DNA of 60,217 nt from a virus. Lineage: Duplodnaviria > Caudoviricetes. Location: IMG/VR virus record IMGVR_UViG_3300043427_000906, positions 1 to 60,217 of that record; one strand, written 5' to 3'. Shown here piece after piece: positions 40,501-49,248 of this stretch (positions within the stretch are counted from its first letter, which is position 1; every line of letters begins with the position of its first letter). A model generated the notes under the pieces. It was not told where the DNA came from. It saw only the letters and a list, made by a program, of their open reading frames with translations, and did no database searches. The position numbers and the translations under genes are program-made.

Positions 40501-42709
40501 GAATAGAGTAGAGACGCTTTCAACAATGAGAGCTAATATCTACAATCACTTTGCATCTAAGGCTACAGAGATTGGTCAGACTATTCAGGCATTCGTATCA
40601 TTCAAGGACGATCCTGCTGCTAACCAGTTCATGTTCAATAAGATACTAAAGCAACTGGAGGATAAGGGTGTTACTGGTTTAAGCGATGCACAGAAGGTAG
40701 AGATTAAAAAGATGTTGGATGATGTGTCGACTGCTGCTGCTGGTCTTCCAAAAGACATGGCGATTACTAAGCTGTCACACTATCTTGGTAAGCTTACGCC
40801 GATCAGTGCGTTTGATATTATGCAGGCTATGTGGTATGCAAAGATCCTATCTGGTATTACGACACAGTCTAAGAACTTCTTCGCCAACATGGTGAATACA
40901 TTCATAGAGGTGCCAGTCGTTGCTATGAGAATGTCTGTGCAGACTGGTAGCTTACAGCCTATATTCTATGCGATGAAGGGATTAGGTGGCGGTACACTTA
41001 AGGGGTTAGTAAAGGCTGGCGATATATTAAAGTCTGGTGTTACATCAAAGTCTGAAGATAAGTTTTTTAATAATGATAATCTACTAGAGTACTTTACTTG
41101 GTCTGATACAAAAATTGGTAAAGGATTTGGTGGTGCTGTTGGTAAGATATTAGACTTCCCTCTGTTCTTTGAGACGAGCCCACGAGCACTCAAGTTTGTA
41201 GGACGTTCTCTGACTGCATCCGATGCCCTGTTCTCTACAGCTAACCAAGAAGCAGTTGCTAATATGTTAGCATTTGCTCAAGCTAAGCAAGAGGGATTGA
41301 AGGGTAATGTTTATAATAGAGTACAGCAGATTCTTAATAATACTAAGCAGTCTGTTGTAGATGCTAAAGCGCAAGCTACACAAGAAGGGTTCAAGCCCGG
41401 TACAGTTCAACATAAGAGAAGGGTGATAGAGATTGTGAATCAGAAAAGAGGTGAGGAAATTGTTGCTAAGGCTGAAGAGATGGGTAAGCGTGCAACACTT
41501 ACTAACGAGCCAGAAGGATTTACTAGGGGTATATACCTGATGGCAACCAAGATACAAGAGACTATGCCGATATCAAAAGTTATGATACCATTTACACGTA
41601 TCGTTGCTAATGTATCAGAGATGATGATAAACTTCTCTCCTGCTGGTACATATCGAGCAGTGACTGGTATTAAGAACCCTAAGTTTAGTTTTAAATTTAC
41701 GCCAAGCGGTGATAATAAATTAACCAAGGATCAGCGAGCTGACTTGTTTATTAAATCTATGATTGGTATCACAACGTTAACGGTTCTGGCTAATAATATT
41801 GGTGATGAAGAGGATGACTGGTTTGATATAACAGCCGGTGGCCCTACAGACTTTGCTAAGAAGTATGAATTAATGAAGGGGGGATGGAGACCATATACCA
41901 TCACAATGAAAGATGGTACAAAGATTAGCTATGCTGAATGGCCTATAGCTGGAGCATTATCTGCACTTGGTACTGTGTTAGATGTTGATAGATATGGTAA
42001 CGTAGAAGATTTAGAGTGGATAGATAAAATGGTTGTAGGTGCTTCTGGATATATGTCTGCTATCTATGACAAGTCGCTACTTAAAGGTATATCTGACTTC
42101 GTGGATATTTTTAGACCTACTGGAAAATATGGAGCTGGATCTGATGACTTTATCAAAAGAACAGTAGAGAATACTACCAAGTTTGGAGCACAGCAAGCTA
42201 AGGCGATAACACTATCTAACTTTTCACAGCAGGCATTAAAACTTACTGACGAATATAAAGACAATCCTATCAAGGAAGCAAAGGGTGCAGAGGTATTTTA
42301 CAGGGATATCCCACTTATCAATGATGGGCTAAACCCAATTGTGGATGTATTTGGCGATCCAGTTACCTACGCAACTACAGAAAGGTTACTACCTTGGATG
42401 AGTGTTAGTGATGAGAAAAAAGATCAGGTGCTTGCTTATCTAAATCGCAATAATGTATTTGTTGGGATGGCTAAGGAAAGGACGATGATTAATTTAGACA
42501 ATGGTGAAGAAAGGAAGATGACACGCCAAGAGTTGTATGAATATAGAAAACTTGCAGGTAAGTATACAAAAGATTTTTTATATGAAAATATTTCTACGTT
42601 GAAAGATATTAATGGAATGGAGAATGGTAAGGAGATGATGAAACAGGTAGTGTCAGACTTTACTTCTGCTGCAAGAGACAGGGCTTATGCAGAAATACTA
42701 ACTAAATAA
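34580..42709 (+). CDS. Giant polyvalent ejection protein, 2709 aa
   Basis: DUF3293-like segment (FAMLTGMNP..SERSFFV..EFGQEAV), HExxH (WHEAAH), ART-like segment (FYHYSG...GISMYY), helical C-terminal region (PFTR..ANV; DVFGDPV). Confidence 0.75.
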   Translation: MPDPIKSLFEAMKSKKLFLDEADFKSQLSKDPQGVFNAVSDSKLFIDFNDFENTLGLKKKEPSPFIGPSSTQSFVDLPWNTSIKQPIVSQSQSLLPSVKSKSIERIESFSADTNDFFKAFQEDPKKFTDWASTAFPTISYDEIKKSKGEADKSFVDDAFIFRVSKAYEDKKNDIILQNSRTQRKNIEGTLQGNLTELSKVAGKDIQIPTTIEQAQQLIQELKPRPITDPVTKPAVDQYNKTLDGLKGNITGNLNAVIGSIVLRDMSARNPNVTPIEIGREVMKLTNPELFKQYEAAGGGKPYGGWGGISVRETPLYADDINRQMTQIGGEIMKMYGNKTAIERANLEEKVLQNKFTYGEQERVKNKIASALYQKGVKPTSASQDQINQIVESLPEEDKSFWKQAQEDNNVKLPSSGFGYSLKNGYSGVVTDAVKTLLTPLIPNKTREQALENLKSMSSSDVVGENPQEVSRFEALNKKKADGVITAQETTELEDLKGRVRVRTGLEKILDFAGGGVGQIVGLGTISAFTGGLSQARTVGGALKSLAFPSGGSKGISAAAYLMANEGNQKEAIRLFPDSDVKQAVASTAFNAIDMLVERLFPEEQVLTRTIKNDVVGQLSKISRDKISEQLVDNVAKQAARTIVRSGKELLKAPLQETAEEEIAMVLKDAIVQPILNPEFSKEGVTLKKIIETGEQAFWGAALLGAPKGLMALRDTRVPIETIWNTVSSPTEFINISNTINKMEKAGDITAEDAQEKRTIIAQGIKEYNSNPVVTGQVGKLSLKERQNYFARLMHEKTLENQMNSTTDDNVKADLQSKINDSKAQREKIFKNQVTVNEDNREMPAGMTEEAFNIKERLKTTQGLTDADFVAEPFTTEEDAADREALPQSQFGTEADLENTLKTGQFAMLTGMNPSAQPISKAGNKKLNERAKQWLIDKGFKPIEIFGKYDNSERSFFVPDMTREQAIEFAKEFGQEAVAHSSGMVYQDGSFNPRTGVVEVAPSFGQEGANYFSSINIGGKPVDFKVDYDTNKRYSADGKLIQGQPTDVEQRLSDTMGDAEFMDKVAAAQKSLEKTGVSINVIDNADEYDRITGEVGGQKGTEGIFVSDDGKIYINKAKLEKGITDGLVVWHEAAHPVVNIVRNTNRSLFDSVVNGVKELAKTNKDVADALAWAEKEYQGQETVNDEAVVEVIARVADGIIDLNQVPTGFKQSLIDLINKMAKALGLGQIVNDTDVAAIKKLAGDVANSLTTGRDISEVVGAENVKEYNASIPDTKQAFNNKNVQARFSTDYFEDSNDFTKLEEDGFIVHNSNINDFNGETVVIHNPDSFASGNIKFRDKDLVKGEGGVYFVLMFGDVWASSKAETANQMAGLINTSLKESTDGKARVVLVKGDPSKNLTSVKGAKALMGVMEILADDGLIPLSAFRKALTAAGKKYGVEFDGRSDAKSIHKDIQDKFMNVSNSSFEKRGDFVKDVIDEIAKQDVLSKDDIAKIAESIGAKRKMTKFSKASIIDSVSFATTERMLRDVPNSHAYAVIETSSPVTIKEDGRHESYPWHIVTEDGSRPKIYILNERPYFNDAFIAAKNTEKVKAGERFEDVSRAGLAQRGMGLAKIDMREPSKVQASKGGRNLVADAGLNKEMTSDDQGNYVFYHYSGSKIKSIDPKKFGKNLATGKDERPGVGISMYYTRPDIKEANVPSEFGYVVRIPENQVYPFNEDPLDLLPEAEKQFKKQYPGQAFDFNKQVGFVTKVAADRGYPMTVAEWNIKGRKVLRAQTTEAIKPEVYQEKVFQDGYQVTKTTSELEFKPNAKRRQASVGGRDLDQRLKNFVDGERAKGTSDADIERAIRNRFPLIDQQRMNTIMGMPTVAEPTPEEKLATVVQPEGEERTRGMEKRFGDLDEDTARKIEDEAKTYFAQTNKQTEKAAEEFMKGKPVEYMADYVVSNPNIPGAVNVWMAATTAKNLGKEIEAAKKAGDMNRVETLSTMRANIYNHFASKATEIGQTIQAFVSFKDDPAANQFMFNKILKQLEDKGVTGLSDAQKVEIKKMLDDVSTAAAGLPKDMAITKLSHYLGKLTPISAFDIMQAMWYAKILSGITTQSKNFFANMVNTFIEVPVVAMRMSVQTGSLQPIFYAMKGLGGGTLKGLVKAGDILKSGVTSKSEDKFFNNDNLLEYFTWSDTKIGKGFGGAVGKILDFPLFFETSPRALKFVGRSLTASDALFSTANQEAVANMLAFAQAKQEGLKGNVYNRVQQILNNTKQSVVDAKAQATQEGFKPGTVQHKRRVIEIVNQKRGEEIVAKAEEMGKRATLTNEPEGFTRGIYLMATKIQETMPISKVMIPFTRIVANVSEMMINFSPAGTYRAVTGIKNPKFSFKFTPSGDNKLTKDQRADLFIKSMIGITTLTVLANNIGDEEDDWFDITAGGPTDFAKKYELMKGGWRPYTITMKDGTKISYAEWPIAGALSALGTVLDVDRYGNVEDLEWIDKMVVGASGYMSAIYDKSLLKGISDFVDIFRPTGKYGAGSDDFIKRTVENTTKFGAQQAKAITLSNFSQQALKLTDEYKDNPIKEAKGAEVFYRDIPLINDGLNPIVDVFGDPVTYATTERLLPWMSVSDEKKDQVLAYLNRNNVFVGMAKERTMINLDNGEERKMTRQELYEYRKLAGKYTKDFLYENISTLKDINGMENGKEMMKQVVSDFTSAARDRAYAEILTK

Positions 42710-42710
42710 T

Positions 42711-43175
42711 ATGCAGATATCAAAACATCTATCACTGGCTGAGGTTAGTCGTAGCGAAACTGCTAAAAGAAGGGGGATCAATAATACTCCAAGCGGAGAG
42801 CATTTAGAAAACTTTAAGAAGCTGGCGGATAATGTGTTTGAAAAGATACGTGAGCATTTCGGTGCGCCTATTCATATCAGCTCTGGATACAGAAGCAAGG
42901 AATTAAATAAGGCTATCGGTGGATCTGCTACGTCACAGCACTGCAGTGGTGAGGCAATTGATATTGATATGGACGGTTCAGCAAATGGTGTAACCAATGC
43001 TCAGGTATTTAATTTTATTAAAGATAATCTTCAGTTCGATCAGCTTATCTGGGAGTTCGGGAGCGATACTAATCCAGACTGGGTACACGTATCGTATGAG
43101 TCCACAGGTAAGCAACGCAAGCAGATCCTAAAGGCGGTTAAGTCTGGTGGTAAAACTGCATACATCCCAATGTAA
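42711..43175 (+). CDS. Endolysin, peptidase M15A family
   Basis: ISSGYRS..LN..IGG..TSQH..GEAIDI...DQLIWE...WVHVS. Confidence 0.9.
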   Translation: MQISKHLSLAEVSRSETAKRRGINNTPSGEHLENFKKLADNVFEKIREHFGAPIHISSGYRSKELNKAIGGSATSQHCSGEAIDIDMDGSANGVTNAQVFNFIKDNLQFDQLIWEFGSDTNPDWVHVSYESTGKQRKQILKAVKSGGKTAYIPM

Positions 43176-43192
43176 ATTATTAACTTTGTACA

Positions 43193-44047
43193 ATGGCACT
43201 ATTTGATGTTTTCGGAAATGGAGAAAAGGAGCTGGTAAGAAAGAAGGCTACCAAGCCACTACCTATGGGTACTGGTCAATCTCTTACAGACCTATCTAAA
43301 AAGTACGGGCAGCAACTAGGAATCAACCCTAACATGCTGGCATCCAGTTCTTTAGTAGAGGGTGTTAATGAGATGTTCGGGGGTAATAAATTCTCTGCCG
43401 CCTATGAATCAGCTATTGAAGCTGGTAAGGTAGATCCAAAAAAATACCCAGTTGATGCCTTCTATTTTGCAGGTCTAGATAACTTCGGGCCAATGGTTGG
43501 TAAGCTAAAGGGTAAGGGGTATCTTCCAAAGGATATGGATTTCCAAATCTATCCAGCGTGGAATGAATCTATTGAAAAGAACATTGCTAAGTTTGATAAG
43601 AAGGGGAATATTACAGAATATATAATGCCTAAGCAAATTGTAGAGGATGCATACTTCGGTACTGGCCAGACAAGGCAGAAGGCAGTGGGAGAAATTAATA
43701 AGATGCTAAAGGCTAAGGGCGTTGAGCCTAACCAGACTGTGGCATTTAAGAATGCGGATGATATGATCTTAGCTAAGGGTGCCTACCTGCGTGAGTTACA
43801 GGATGAGACACAGGCATATGCTAAGAAGAAAGGCATAACCCCGAGCCGCGAAGAATTAGACTATCTTACGATGTCTGCTTACAACGGCGGACCCGGAGCT
43901 ATGCAAGAGTTAGTGGATCAAATGAAAGCTGGAGAAAAAGAGGTGACTAAGAAAGGCGGTAAGCGCCAGCAGGTACATACTAACGTAGCCAAGAGAATGG
44001 GTTATATGGGTTACATGAGTGACCTATTCAGCGAACCAAATCGTTGA
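43193..44047 (+). CDS. Lytic transglycosylase/lysozyme-like protein with insertion
   Basis: GINPNMLASSSLVE (putative catalytic Glu) and MSAYNGGPG; preceded by TAACTTTG (43181-43188). Confidence 0.55.
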   Translation: MALFDVFGNGEKELVRKKATKPLPMGTGQSLTDLSKKYGQQLGINPNMLASSSLVEGVNEMFGGNKFSAAYESAIEAGKVDPKKYPVDAFYFAGLDNFGPMVGKLKGKGYLPKDMDFQIYPAWNESIEKNIAKFDKKGNITEYIMPKQIVEDAYFGTGQTRQKAVGEINKMLKAKGVEPNQTVAFKNADDMILAKGAYLRELQDETQAYAKKKGITPSREELDYLTMSAYNGGPGAMQELVDQMKAGEKEVTKKGGKRQQVHTNVAKRMGYMGYMSDLFSEPNR

Positions 44048-44518
44048 TACATTCTTATAGATACTCACACCCATCTTTGTAAAGGGTTTACTCCATCCAT
44101 CTTCTAGTATAACTTTTTTATGTGGTATAGACTTTAACCACCACTTGAGTGCATCCTCTGGGCGCATCTCCCACTTCGAAGGGAAGTTCATTACCGCTAT
44201 CTCATACCCTATCGCATCCATACCAAGTAATTCTTTCGGCTTACTGTACATGATATCCCATTTATTATTCTTGCCTTCTGGTATACAACCGCCAGTCCAT
44301 CTCTTGGAGTAGGACCATGTGTGTAGGCTACAGGGATTATCTTCTTTGAAATTAAAGAATAGATCAATGCTGTGCGTCTCTGCTACATAGGATAAAGAAT
44401 CGCTATAGGCTAGTCTTGTTTTGCCTTGGCTGATTCTATATTCGTTTACTAAATTAAAAAGCCTGATCTCCTCAGGCTCTCTTTCATGTAAGAATAAAAA
44501 TATTAGTGGTAGTATCAT
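44024..44518 (-). CDS. CAP/SCP-domain protein
   Basis: LVNEYR..G...L..VAETHS...WLKSIPHKKVIL...MGVS. Confidence 0.75.
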   Translation of the reverse strand: MILPLIFLFLHEREPEEIRLFNLVNEYRISQGKTRLAYSDSLSYVAETHSIDLFFNFKEDNPCSLHTWSYSKRWTGGCIPEGKNNKWDIMYSKPKELLGMDAIGYEIAVMNFPSKWEMRPEDALKWWLKSIPHKKVILEDGWSKPFTKMGVSIYKNVSTIWFAE

Positions 44519-44632
44519 GGCTGGTTTATTATGTCTTCTAATTCTTTTAATGTCTGTCCGAGAACAATCCCTATTTTAAGTGAGTCCCCTGACTGCACTG
44601 CCTGTGCTAGTGCGATATAGATTTTTTTTAAT

Positions 44633-44851
44633 TCATCTTTCATAGTATTGTTTATAATATTTAAATGACATGTACCCATTATAGCCTGTGCTTAAGTTAT
44701 CATAACTGAACATATACTTGGTCTTGTTCATGCCAGTTACTACAAGCTTATCACCCTTGAACATAAATGTCTGGCCTCTATATACTGGTGAGGCAACCAT
44801 AACTGGATTATCCATACTAGGTTCGCCTGAGAATAGTGTTTCTATTATCAT
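44633..44851 (-). CDS. Hypothetical protein
   Basis: ORF track; operon overlap. Confidence 0.5.
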   Translation of the reverse strand: MIIETLFSGEPSMDNPVMVASPVYRGQTFMFKGDKLVVTGMNKTKYMFSYDNLSTGYNGYMSFKYYKQYYER

Positions 44852-45039
44852 CTGTTTTTAGTTGGTGTTCTAATAGCGGTTACTGATCCTACCTTATCTA
44901 CTTTGATGTCTTTAAATCCTAAAGTAGCGCCGCAGTTGCATTTAAACTTTGCCTTATGGATATCATTATCCCATACATACTCTTTAATCTCAGCGCCACA
45001 TTTACATTTGTAGGTTCTTGGGATTAGTTTATTCCTCAT
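44848..45039 (-). CDS. Small Cys-rich (zinc-ribbon-like) protein
   Basis: YKCKCG...FKCNCG. Confidence 0.55.
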   Translation of the reverse strand: MRNKLIPRTYKCKCGAEIKEYVWDNDIHKAKFKCNCGATLGFKDIKVDKVGSVTAIRTPTKNR

Positions 45040-45754
45040 TGCGTCTTCTTTTAATCATCTCCATAACAATGGAAACGCTTTGGTTAAGCGATACAATATC
45101 TGATGCGTTAAATATCTTGTAATCAAAATCCCAGTTGTCTAATGCAGTCTCCGATGGATGGTCGTTCACTGGCTTTACCCCCGGTCTGTCGATACGTATA
45201 ATTACTCCGCCTCTATCTTTAATCGCCTGTGCCTCATTAGGGAACCTGCAATCAGTAAATATCCAGTTCTGATCAGACATCACTGGAGATCCGTTTGCAT
45301 CATATCCAAATACTTCTGGTTTATATCGGGCCATAACTGCGTTTACCCATGCATTAGGATGAAGGCCGTCACGTATAGCATCAGTACCTAGTTTTTGTAA
45401 GAAGTCTCTTACAGTCATTGGTGTTTGTGTATCTGTCCAATCTTCTACATGCCCGTCATAATATTCACCGAATGTTCTTACTGTTTTATTCCATTCAGGT
45501 CCAAGATTAGTTTTCTTAAACTCCTGATCCTCAAATTTATCTATGGATATACCAGTCAATATGCTGGCTATCTTTTTTAATGGGCCAGAGAATTTTTTAA
45601 TCTGCCAGTTTGATTTCATCTCCAGTATAAAGGATTGACTGTCGTGTGTAACTTCTTCTAATGCAATATCCTTATCCTTCATACAGCAGTATTGTATGAG
45701 CTTAGCGGTTAGGTCTTTCCCCGAACCGGCGTATCCTGATAATCCTATAATCAT
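45029..45754 (-). CDS. Deoxynucleoside monophosphate kinase
   Basis: IIGLSGYAGSGKD...FSGPLK...RDFLQKLGTD...TDCRFPNE...HPSE. Confidence 0.9.
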   Translation of the reverse strand: MIIGLSGYAGSGKDLTAKLIQYCCMKDKDIALEEVTHDSQSFILEMKSNWQIKKFSGPLKKIASILTGISIDKFEDQEFKKTNLGPEWNKTVRTFGEYYDGHVEDWTDTQTPMTVRDFLQKLGTDAIRDGLHPNAWVNAVMARYKPEVFGYDANGSPVMSDQNWIFTDCRFPNEAQAIKDRGGVIIRIDRPGVKPVNDHPSETALDNWDFDYKIFNASDIVSLNQSVSIVMEMIKRRRNEE

Positions 45755-45765
45755 AGTATAAATTT

Positions 45766-45845
45766 AAAAAAGAGGGAAGGCATACAGGTACATCCGCGAT
45801 GTAGCATTTGCCGTAGCGTTCCGGCTTGCTCTGACTCTCCTCCCC
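45766..45845 (-). ncRNA. Multi-stem structured element ending in a U-tract, 3' of the SSB-like gene
   Basis: GGGGAGG/CCUUCCC closing stem; AGCA/UGCU; GCCG-GAACGCUA-CGGC; UACAUC-GCG-GAUGUA; then U6. Confidence 0.5.
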
Positions 45846-45852
45846 GGGTTAA

Positions 45853-46083
45853 TTAAAACGGTAACTTCTCTTCTGCTGTTGCAGGAGCAGGAGTATACAC
45901 CTGAAGATAAGGCTTACCCTCCTTACTCTTGCGCAAGGTTACATTAACCCAACCCTTCTCGTTTAGGTTGTCTGTCAGCTTTTGAATGTCATCAGCTGTG
46001 AATCCAATACGGGTTTCTAGTTCTCCAAACTTGTTGGTTGCTTCTGTTGTACGTCCTACGTACACTTTGTCTGTGTTTGCCAT
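45853..46083 (-). CDS. Small ssDNA-binding-like protein
   Basis: KVYVG...KGWVNV...GKPY and SSB-like C-terminal EEKLPF. Confidence 0.6.
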   Translation of the reverse strand: MANTDKVYVGRTTEATNKFGELETRIGFTADDIQKLTDNLNEKGWVNVTLRKSKEGKPYLQVYTPAPATAEEKLPF

Positions 46084-46233
46084 GTTACTTGGTTTTAAAA
46101 TTGGTTAAAATTGTTAATGTGTATTTGTAAATTCCTAGTTCAATGTAAAGTTCTTTCTCATGTATGTGCCAGACTATTGCAAATACTGGGAAGATAATAA
46201 ACTCTTTGTGTTTTTCTGTGGTTGCGGTGATGG

Positions 46234-46578
46234 TCATATAATTTTATTTATTTTAAGCATGTCGATCAGTTCCTGAAAGTCTTCAAGTGTCATCGCTACT
46301 ATTGTCCCCTGTCTGTTTTTTTTGTGGAATACCAAATTTATGTTAGAATCTTGTGGCATCTCTGTTAATACTCTATGAATACTCCCCAAGTTTTCCACAG
46401 CCTTACACTGACATGAGAATGGAGGAGTGTTTGTGAGGTCTACCTTCTTGTCATCCAGCATCTTAGATTCGTATCTTGATGTTTGGCATTTCTCCCACCC
46501 CCGATCCCTCCACCATTCAGCCATCTGTCTTTCAAACTGGTGCCCTTTTATACGTGCACTCCGTCCTTTAGTCGCCAT
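46234..46578 (-). CDS. Holliday junction resolvase (PD-(D/E)XK)
   Basis: KGHQFER...KVDL...QCK...VFHKKNR. Confidence 0.75.
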   Translation of the reverse strand: MATKGRSARIKGHQFERQMAEWWRDRGWEKCQTSRYESKMLDDKKVDLTNTPPFSCQCKAVENLGSIHRVLTEMPQDSNINLVFHKKNRQGTIVAMTLEDFQELIDMLKINKII

Positions 46579-46841
46579 ATGCGTTTATATTTAATTAGTG
46601 TTAGAATCGTATCCCATTCTACCAGTGAAGAGAAGTGGCATTCATAGAATACAGTTGGCCTCATTGCGTTAATCATGTAGTAGTTAGTGTCTGGCTTGAT
46701 ATCATCCTCGGTGCATAGCGTTAGTATCTCATTTCCTTCTGTAAGTAAATGCCATTTACCGTTTAGACATCTATAGACTTCCTGCGCTGATAAGCTTTTC
46801 GTACGGCTGCTTGACGAACTTTTCTTTGTCCGAGCCATCAT
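46548..46841 (-). CDS. Hypothetical protein (start uncertain)
   Basis: ORF track; fills the gap. Confidence 0.4.
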   Translation of the reverse strand: MMARTKKSSSSSRTKSLSAQEVYRCLNGKWHLLTEGNEILTLCTEDDIKPDTNYYMINAMRPTVFYECHFSSLVEWDTILTLIKYKRIWRLKDGVHV

Positions 46842-48492
46842 TTATTTTTTGAGTGGGTGAGTAAATAGAATTAGCTATATCAAACTTAAAGTAGTCCGTC
46901 TCTTCCTTGCCACTGAACCTGAACCTTATCTTCCAGAAATGTATCTCCGTTTGATTGGTCTCTCTGTTACGATATACAGTGACGCCATTATCGGGGGCAT
47001 TATAGTAGTGAGAACTATCGCCTACATCATAACCAGTGGGTACTTCATAAGCACCCTGCTTGATCTTAGTTAGTTTTTTGGGGTGTGCTACTAGCCAAAT
47101 ATGTATGCCGTGCTCCCGAGCAAACGCCCTAAGGTCTCGCATCATGTTACCAATTTGGTTGTGTCTGTTGTCTGAGTTACTCCCGAACTGGCGCTCTACT
47201 GTACTCATATTATCAATGACCAGACCTCTGATACCTAACCTCTTCACCATCTCTTCCGCCTTACTCATAATCGCTTCTACTGTAGACTCATTCTCATTTA
47301 GCTTGTAGTACTTGAAGTGATCGTTTAAGAACGGCGTACTATCTATCACCTCTTCTCTTGTGATACGTTGGCAGTTCGGGGCATTAAAGAATGACTTACC
47401 AGTCTTGATAGATAATAGATCAGTCATAGCAAACGTAGCGTTAGCCTCCTCTGCTGAGTACAGTAAGTAGGACCAGTCATGTCTATCCGCCAGCCTAACT
47501 AACAGATTCTTTAACCATGTTGTTTTACCGTGTCCGGGGATTCCTGTGATGAGGGTGACCATCCCGGGGTGCCAGACGAAGTGGTCGTCCATGTTGTCCC
47601 ACCCTGTGTCAAATCCTTTTGGGTATCCCTCTTCCCAAAGTCCGAGTAGGTCATGGTCTGTGACGACATCGATTCCGTCCACTGGGTACGGCTCTGCGTT
47701 TTGGTAACATTCCAACAGCCGTTCCTTACCGTGTTTAAGAAGCGTTTCATTGGCGTCTTTCTCTGGAAAGTTAATGATAAAGCAGTTAGTCTTACCCAGT
47801 CTGCGAGCAAGCTCAGTGCGAAGACCAATACCTGCATCATCATTGTCAGTAGCAAGATATATTTTCTTGCCTTCGATATACGGTAGCATCTCTTCGAGCC
47901 ATTCCAATTTCTGATTGCCTTTACTTGCTCCATTTGGTACACTGACTGCTGTTTTGATTCCGGCTTCATAGAATGATAGTGTGTCGATTTCACCTTCGGT
48001 TATAATAATTTCAGTATCAGAATTATCCATGGAAACATCAATGCCATAAATACTAAGCATAGCCCCACTAACAAGCTTGAAATTCTTTTGACTATCTCGA
48101 TACTTAATGTTAACAACTTCGCCATGTAAATAATAATTAAAGTTTATACATAATGATTCTGTGCCAGTCTGTGGCATGTACTCAATAGACTCAGTGACCT
48201 TATACCTAAGCAGTGTTTGATTTGTTATACCTCTACCTGCGAACCAAGTGATTACCTTATCAGATAGTACTTTGTATTCACTTACAGGTTTAGTGTATTC
48301 TTTCTTCTGCTTTACAACGCCACCTTTCCAGCCACAGTTATGGCAATTCCATATACCATCTGTTGCATTAACAGACAGGCATGGATCGCTCTTGTGCTTA
48401 CGTGTGCCGGAACACTTAGGGCATGTGGTCTTCACATCTCCTCGTGATCCGGCCCGCACATGGATGCCATATCTTTTTAACTGGTCTATCAT
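46771..48492 (-). CDS. Primase-helicase (T7 gp4/Twinkle-like)
   Basis: Zn finger CPKC..CHNC; TOPRIM ITEGEID, SVPNGA, ATDND; helicase TGIPGHGKT, VIDN, LVAHP. Confidence 0.92.
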   Translation of the reverse strand: MIDQLKRYGIHVRAGSRGDVKTTCPKCSGTRKHKSDPCLSVNATDGIWNCHNCGWKGGVVKQKKEYTKPVSEYKVLSDKVITWFAGRGITNQTLLRYKVTESIEYMPQTGTESLCINFNYYLHGEVVNIKYRDSQKNFKLVSGAMLSIYGIDVSMDNSDTEIIITEGEIDTLSFYEAGIKTAVSVPNGASKGNQKLEWLEEMLPYIEGKKIYLATDNDDAGIGLRTELARRLGKTNCFIINFPEKDANETLLKHGKERLLECYQNAEPYPVDGIDVVTDHDLLGLWEEGYPKGFDTGWDNMDDHFVWHPGMVTLITGIPGHGKTTWLKNLLVRLADRHDWSYLLYSAEEANATFAMTDLLSIKTGKSFFNAPNCQRITREEVIDSTPFLNDHFKYYKLNENESTVEAIMSKAEEMVKRLGIRGLVIDNMSTVERQFGSNSDNRHNQIGNMMRDLRAFAREHGIHIWLVAHPKKLTKIKQGAYEVPTGYDVGDSSHYYNAPDNGVTVYRNRETNQTEIHFWKIRFRFSGKEETDYFKFDIANSIYSPTQKINDGSDKEKFVKQPYEKLISAGSL

Positions 48493-48659
48493 TTCTTTAA
48501 TTCTTTAGCTACTAATTTTATTTTCTGTTCTAATTCGTATATCTTTTTCTTTAGAGAATCTGCTCTCTCATATGACCTAGCCAATTTATTAACCAATTCT
48601 TCTCGCTGATCTTCCATCTGGTCGTACTTAATATACAACTCTTTTCTTTTGTCTGTCAT
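48489..48659 (-). CDS. Small coiled-coil protein
   Basis: ORF track; probable start MTDKRK. Confidence 0.5.
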   Translation of the reverse strand: MTDKRKELYIKYDQMEDQREELVNKLARSYERADSLKKKIYELEQKIKLVAKELKK

Positions 48660-49090
48660 ATCTGTTTGTGTTTTTGAATCCAATAATTTGTTGCGTCGTC
48701 TAGGTACTGAAGGAACTTATTCTTAGAACCGAAGAGTGTGGCTGGACGAATATAATCCTTCATCTTGATATCCTTACCCCATGTTTCTTTTTTGTGTAGA
48801 ATTACCGACTGGAACTGGTCGAACCCGACCTTAGGTATCTGTCTAATGACAGCACGTATCTTGTCAGCATTCTTATAGTGGGTTTCGTTTACCTCATTGA
48901 AGTAGTCCATTACCTTCTGCGCTAGGTCCTCATCTTGATGGCTGTCAATCTCCTGCCATAACAGTTGATAGCTATTATCGTACTTTATCAACATGTCAAG
49001 AGCAACCATTGCATCCCTCTTTGTACTAAACTTCTTCAGGAAATTCTGTGCGTCCGTATTCATACATGGTGTCTTTAATAGTTTGTTCAA
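48656..49090 (-). CDS. Replication-initiator-associated protein (phage conserved C-terminal domain)
   Basis: KVMDYFNE...W..D.KM..YIRPATLF..KF.QYL. Confidence 0.7.
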   Translation of the reverse strand: MNKLLKTPCMNTDAQNFLKKFSTKRDAMVALDMLIKYDNSYQLLWQEIDSHQDEDLAQKVMDYFNEVNETHYKNADKIRAVIRQIPKVGFDQFQSVILHKKETWGKDIKMKDYIRPATLFGSKNKFLQYLDDATNYWIQKHKQI

Positions 49091-49247
49091 GCCATCCGCC
49101 TGCTACAAGTAGTGCCGCAAATTTTTCTATTATATCATCAATAGGTGTCTCGTCTATCTTGTTATCACCCATGAATGGTAGACCGTCTGTACCGTACTGG
49201 CTTTCCCAAACGAATTTTTGTCCGTAGTATTCAACTGTTATTCTCAT
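49026..49247 (-). CDS. Hypothetical protein
   Basis: ORF track; probable start MRITVEY. Confidence 0.5.
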   Translation of the reverse strand: MRITVEYYGQKFVWESQYGTDGLPFMGDNKIDETPIDDIIEKFAALLVAGGWLEQTIKDTMYEYGRTEFPEEV

Positions 49248-49248
49248 G

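Noticed and set aside
9205-42273. Many minus-strand ORFs within the structural arm (and plus-strand ORFs in the replication arm)
   Set aside because: Fully antisense to well-supported genes; typical shadow frames.
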